The translations under genes and the position numbers were made by a program. DNA of 62,289 nucleotides, the filler included, from an uncultured Methanosarcinales archaeon (lineage in GTDB: Archaea; Nanobdellota; Nanobdellia; Woesearchaeales; CAYSVS01): assembly GCA_964589485.1 (NCBI GenBank). It is 2 parts of 2 records of this genome, joined end to end, with 100 filler letters (N's around TTAATTAATTAA, not from the genome) between each part and the next. Parts side by side here need not be neighbours in the genome. Positions count along the whole stretch, not along the records: positions 31,451 to 62,289 come from CAZPRK010000013.1; 1 more part is not named here. The stretch is one strand, 5' to 3'. Below the pieces are notes generated by a model. It saw nothing but the letters and a program-made list of their open reading frames with translations, was not told where the DNA came from and did no database searches. The stretch's first letter is position 1, and each line of letters begins with the position of its first letter. Shown one piece after another: positions 58,347-62,289 of this stretch.

Positions 58347-60762
58347 GTTCTGGTTCACTTGGAGTTGGTTCTTCTTCAGGTTCACTTGTTTGTTCTGGCT
58401 CTGGTTCGTTGCTTCCACTAGTATCTTCAGTATTATCTGGTGCTTGATCTGTGTTATCACTTGTATCCCCTGTATTAGTTTGATCATTTGTAGCATCGTT
58501 GTTATCGTGATCATTACTATTTGTATCGTCAGGTTCATTACTTCCACTATCAGGATTATCACCACATTGACAATTGTTATCATTACAACTCCAACTTCTA
58601 TCCCCACATTTATCAGCACAAGTTGAACATTCGTCTACATAATCATTACTTGATTGTTCATGACATTCGCATTGATTATCATTACAACTCCAACTTCTAT
58701 CTCCACATTTATCAGCACAAGTTGAACATTCGTCTACATAATCATTACCTGATTGTTCATGCTTTTCCTCATAGTAACATTCACATCTGTCGTTTACACA
58801 ATCAGTTCTATCTGCATTAGGACATTCTTGATGACATCCGTCTTTACATTCACTATCTTCTTGACATTTACAATCTCCATTACTACAGTCCCAAGCTTTA
58901 CCATTACATTTTTCTCTACAGTTATCACATTCATTGGAAACACAACCTTTTCCATTGATACAATCTGTTCCTTTAGGACATAGTATAGTTGCACAGTCAA
59001 CATCATTATGTTGTTTATTTTCCAGGTTATTCCTTATTTTATTACATTCATCCCAATCTCTTCTTCCGCTACCATCTAACCCTCTATCTAAACATTCTTT
59101 TGGAGCTTCTAATTTAAATTTAATTTTATCACATTTTCTCCAGTCATCTCTTCCACTTCCATCAATTCCTGCATCTATACATTCTTTAGGTGCGTCTAAC
59201 TTAAACCTAATTTTATCACATTCTCTATGATCATTTCTACTACTTCCATCTAATCCAGCATCTAAACATTCTTTAGGTTGTTCTGCTTTAAATTGTATAA
59301 CTTGACATTTTTTCCAGTCGTCTCTTCCTTCACCAGTTAACCCAGCTTTAAGACAATCTTCATGAGCTTCATTCTTGAAATTAATTACATCGCACTTTTT
59401 CCAATCATTTCTATTTTCTCCTGTAATTCCTGCATCTAAACACGCTTGAGGTGCATCTAGTTTAAATCTGATTAATTCACATTTTTTCCAATCATCTCTA
59501 TTGCTTCCATCTATTCCAGCTTCTATACATTCTTTAGGAGCGTCTAGTTTAAACCTAATTTTTTCACATTGTTGTCTATCATTTTTACTTTCTCCAGTTA
59601 ATCCTGCTGTTATACATTCTTCTGGTGCATCAATTTTAAACATATGTCTTTCACATTCTCTGAAATTTTTTATGCCAGCTTCAATACATTCTTTTGGTGC
59701 TTCCTCTTTAAACATAATTTGTTCACATGCTTTCCTTGCTTCGTTTTCATTTTTAATATTAAGTTTACCAGCTTCTAAAGCTTTCTGGCAAGGTTCTGGA
59801 GCATGTAGTTTAAACATAACTTTCATACAACTTTCTCTAGTTAATGCACCTTCTTTTACACATTCTTTTGGAGTATGTAAATCATGCTTAGAATCTCCAT
59901 ATTTATCTTCAACGTCATCCATTACATTTTGTAAATAATCAGGAAGTAACTTGATTGGATCTTCAACATCTTCCATTTTTTCACAAGCTTCTTCATCGCC
60001 TGCTTCACATTTAGCAGCTAAAGGTGCAATAACTTTACATTTTTCTGCAAATGGTTTAATAGAAATATCATCACATCTACATTTATCTGGACTTTTAAAA
60101 CATTCACTCATTATTCCAAAAAATTGTTTTGCTTCTTTTTCTTGATCTTTAGTTAATTTATTATCTAAATCTTTTTTCCATTTTGGTGAATCTTCATCTG
60201 TTTTACATCTTTTTGAATATTCTAATGGATCAAGTTCGGATAAAGTTTCACATAATTGTTTAATAGTTTTAGAAACTTTTGCAGCTAATGCTATTTTATC
60301 TTCATCTTTTAATTTTTCTTTAATAGTTTCTTTTACGTCTTCCCATTCATTTCCTTCTAAGTTAAAACTTTCTAATATTTTTTTAGATGCTTTACTACTT
60401 TGTCTAACTTTTTCTTCTATTTCAGGTGTTACTTCTTTTTTTAGGATATTATTATATTTTTCAACTCTTTCTAATGCTTTAGATGCTGCTTCGCTTTTAC
60501 CATCTTCAATCATTTGTTTAACTTCAAGAATTTTTTCTTCTTTATATTTTAAAGCAGTTTTTGGGTTTTTTCCTACTAGAATATTTTCAATTAAATTTTC
60601 TAATGCATATAATGGACTATCCGGAGTAATTCCAGCATTTCCTCCTATTTCTGTATCCTCAACATTATCATAAATTCCTTCTTCAAGAACATCAAATCCA
60701 GTAATTAAATTATCTGCTGAAACAGTAGTTGTTAATAATAAAAATAATAATAGTAACCTCAT
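58333..60762 (-). CDS. secreted Cys-rich repeat protein with DUF5667-like N-terminal domain
   Basis: signal peptide; AGITPDSPLY; seven 29-aa FKLDAPKECxxAGxxG...WxKC repeats; acidic tail. Confidence 0.85.
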   Translation of the reverse strand: MRLLLLFLLLTTTVSADNLITGFDVLEEGIYDNVEDTEIGGNAGITPDSPLYALENLIENILVGKNPKTALKYKEEKILEVKQMIEDGKSEAASKALERVEKYNNILKKEVTPEIEEKVRQSSKASKKILESFNLEGNEWEDVKETIKEKLKDEDKIALAAKVSKTIKQLCETLSELDPLEYSKRCKTDEDSPKWKKDLDNKLTKDQEKEAKQFFGIMSECFKSPDKCRCDDISIKPFAEKCKVIAPLAAKCEAGDEEACEKMEDVEDPIKLLPDYLQNVMDDVEDKYGDSKHDLHTPKECVKEGALTRESCMKVMFKLHAPEPCQKALEAGKLNIKNENEARKACEQIMFKEEAPKECIEAGIKNFRECERHMFKIDAPEECITAGLTGESKNDRQQCEKIRFKLDAPKECIEAGIDGSNRDDWKKCELIRFKLDAPQACLDAGITGENRNDWKKCDVINFKNEAHEDCLKAGLTGEGRDDWKKCQVIQFKAEQPKECLDAGLDGSSRNDHRECDKIRFKLDAPKECIDAGIDGSGRDDWRKCDKIKFKLEAPKECLDRGLDGSGRRDWDECNKIRNNLENKQHNDVDCATILCPKGTDCINGKGCVSNECDNCREKCNGKAWDCSNGDCKCQEDSECKDGCHQECPNADRTDCVNDRCECYYEEKHEQSGNDYVDECSTCADKCGDRSWSCNDNQCECHEQSSNDYVDECSTCADKCGDRSWSCNDNNCQCGDNPDSGSNEPDDTNSNDHDNNDATNDQTNTGDTSDNTDQAPDNTEDTSGSNEPEPEQTSEPEEEPTPSEPEPTET
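58577..58761. repeat. 99-bp period near-identical tandem repeat (33-aa Cys module)
   Basis: tatcagcacaagttgaacattcgtctacataatcatt at 58611 and 58710. Confidence 0.9.
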
Positions 60763-60831
60763 AAATATACACCTCTTTATAGAAAGGTGAATTTATATTA
60801 TTTAAATATATCTAAAAAAAAATAAAAAAAA

Positions 60832-61212
60832 TTATTCTTTTTTCATTGCTTCACTTAAAGCCATGAATAAGATTGGAACAGCTGAGAAAAACAAAAATCC
60901 AGGCGGTGGAGCTGTTGGTGGCAAAGTAAATGTGCTCATTATTTTTGGCCATGTTGCAATAATAGTTGAAGCCATCATTACAACTGCAATCCATGCTGAT
61001 TCTTTAGAATATTTATCCATAAAGAAAGATAATGCCATTGCTATTTGTACAATTCCTATTAACATAACTAAAAATACAGGAAAAGCCATTCCATAAAACA
61101 TTCCATATGGTCCTTCTACAAACCATTTTCCATTTATTAACTTTAACAAACCAAAAACCAAGAAGAATAAACCTAAACCTAACCTTCTTGAAAGTTCACT
61201 TGTAAATTTCAT
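60832..61212 (-). CDS. DoxX-like membrane protein
   Basis: RLGLGLFFLVFGLLKL; 4 TM helices; likely start MKFTS at 61212. Confidence 0.75.
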   Translation of the reverse strand: MKFTSELSRRLGLGLFFLVFGLLKLINGKWFVEGPYGMFYGMAFPVFLVMLIGIVQIAMALSFFMDKYSKESAWIAVVMMASTIIATWPKIMSTFTLPPTAPPPGFLFFSAVPILFMALSEAMKKE

Positions 61213-61339
61213 TTTATCACCCCAATTGTTTAGTAAAAAAAACAACCTTAGACTATATATTGTTTAGTTAAAACAATTAAAACATAATTTTAACTATCAT
61301 AAAGAAAAGTTTTTAAATAAAGTAATATAAAATAGTTTT

Positions 61340-62215
61340 ATGAAGAAAAGGCATATTTTATTTATTGTTATGATTATAATATTTGCATTGGCAATAGTTA
61401 ATTTTGAAGATAAAGAAAAAACAACAACTGAAATTAATATTACAAACATTGAAGGAACTTTATTAGGAAAAAATATTTGGGAAGGAAATATTCATATTAC
61501 TGGAGATGTTATTGTTTCTCCTTTTGCAACTTTAACAATTAAGCCGGGAACTAAAATTGTTTTTGAACAAAAAGATAATATAAAATCAAAATATGATATT
61601 GAAATTCCTGCAGATGGTTTTAATGATGATGATCCTAGTAGATTAAAAGAATATTCAGATGCTCATTCAAGTATAATTGCAATAGGGAGTTTAATTGCTA
61701 AAGGAAATATAGAAAATCCTATAATTTTCACTTCAAATAATAAAAAATATGCAGATTGGGGTGGAATTAATTTAGTAGGAATGCCTTCTGCTTTAGAATA
61801 TGTTGTAGTTGAATATTCAAGGAATGGGATTTCAGTTCCATCTAACAGAAAAGAAATTTATGTGAAAAATAGTATTGTTAAACATGCTTTATGGGGTTGT
61901 TTTAGTCTAAGAGGATCAAATGGACTTTATGAAAATAACCTTGCCGAAGATTGCGGTCATGAAGGCTTTGATGTAAATGGAAATGCTAGGTTAATAAATA
62001 ATGAAGTTAAAGATTCACATGCAGGAATTATTGTTTTTGGCGGTCAACCGGTAATTCAAGATAATTTAGTTCAAGATAAAATTGAAGTTGTTGGTGGAAA
62101 CCCTAGGTTAATTAATAATAAAATCTCTAGAACACTTAGATGTAATAAAAACAAAGAATGGTCTTTTGAAAGATATAGAATTCCATGTGAAGGAAAACCT
62201 TATTTAATAAGTTAA
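61340..62215 (+). CDS. secreted right-handed parallel beta-helix protein
   Basis: LTIKPGTKIVF, GSLIAKG..ENPIIFTS, WGGI, Asn-ladder repeats. Confidence 0.8.
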   Translation: MKKRHILFIVMIIIFALAIVNFEDKEKTTTEINITNIEGTLLGKNIWEGNIHITGDVIVSPFATLTIKPGTKIVFEQKDNIKSKYDIEIPADGFNDDDPSRLKEYSDAHSSIIAIGSLIAKGNIENPIIFTSNNKKYADWGGINLVGMPSALEYVVVEYSRNGISVPSNRKEIYVKNSIVKHALWGCFSLRGSNGLYENNLAEDCGHEGFDVNGNARLINNEVKDSHAGIIVFGGQPVIQDNLVQDKIEVVGGNPRLINNKISRTLRCNKNKEWSFERYRIPCEGKPYLIS

Positions 62216-62235
62216 TGTTAATAATTAATATTTCT

Positions 62236-62289
62236 AACCCAAGTTTGACAGTTTACTAACTATTTCATCCTGAATATTCATTTGACAGT
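62236..62289. repeat. reverse-complement copy of the 54-bp left-end repeat
   Basis: aacccaagtttgacagtttactaactatttcatcctgaatattcatttgacagt. Confidence 0.9.

Noticed and set aside
58284..60145. Alternative-frame and antisense ORFs within the Cys-rich gene
   Set aside because: By-products of low-complexity repeats in 58333-60762.

Overview
AT-rich archaeal genomic DNA. Gene content and style (split RpoA'/A'', exosome/proteasome operon, giant sequon-rich surface proteins, many small hypotheticals) point to a DPANN archaeon, probably Woesearchaeota-like (inference). The window is two contigs joined by an artificial 100-nt linker (N44-TTAATTAATTAA-N44, 31351-31450), so the halves need not be adjacent. 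Left half: nop10/eIF2a/rps27e, rpoK, the Pop5-psmA-SBDS-rrp4-rrp41-rrp42 operon, a RelE toxin-antitoxin pair, msrB, a ZIP transporter, pyrC-pyrD, a frameshifted giant repeat protein, a P-type ATPase, EndoQ and the rpoB-rpoA1-rpoA2-rpl30e-nusA operon. Right half: two very large surface proteins, XPD helicase, an aminopeptidase, a K+ channel with a 7TM-DUF835-RCK partner, trxA, gdh, a small mobile-element relic and Cys-rich secreted proteins. The most interesting signals are (1) a trypsin-like protease gene enclosed by two nested perfect inverted repeats and followed by an attC-like hairpin, GNA-loop hairpins and a tyrosine-recombinase remnant (56010-57810); (2) a roughly 1390-aa protein with 3 HTH-like repeats, about 11 novel ~84-aa repeats and a sigma70-like C-terminus (17250-21408); (3) a 54-bp perfect inverted repeat at the two window ends; (4) candidate small RNAs with C-rich anti-SD-like loops. 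No tRNA, rRNA or CRISPR array was recognised.
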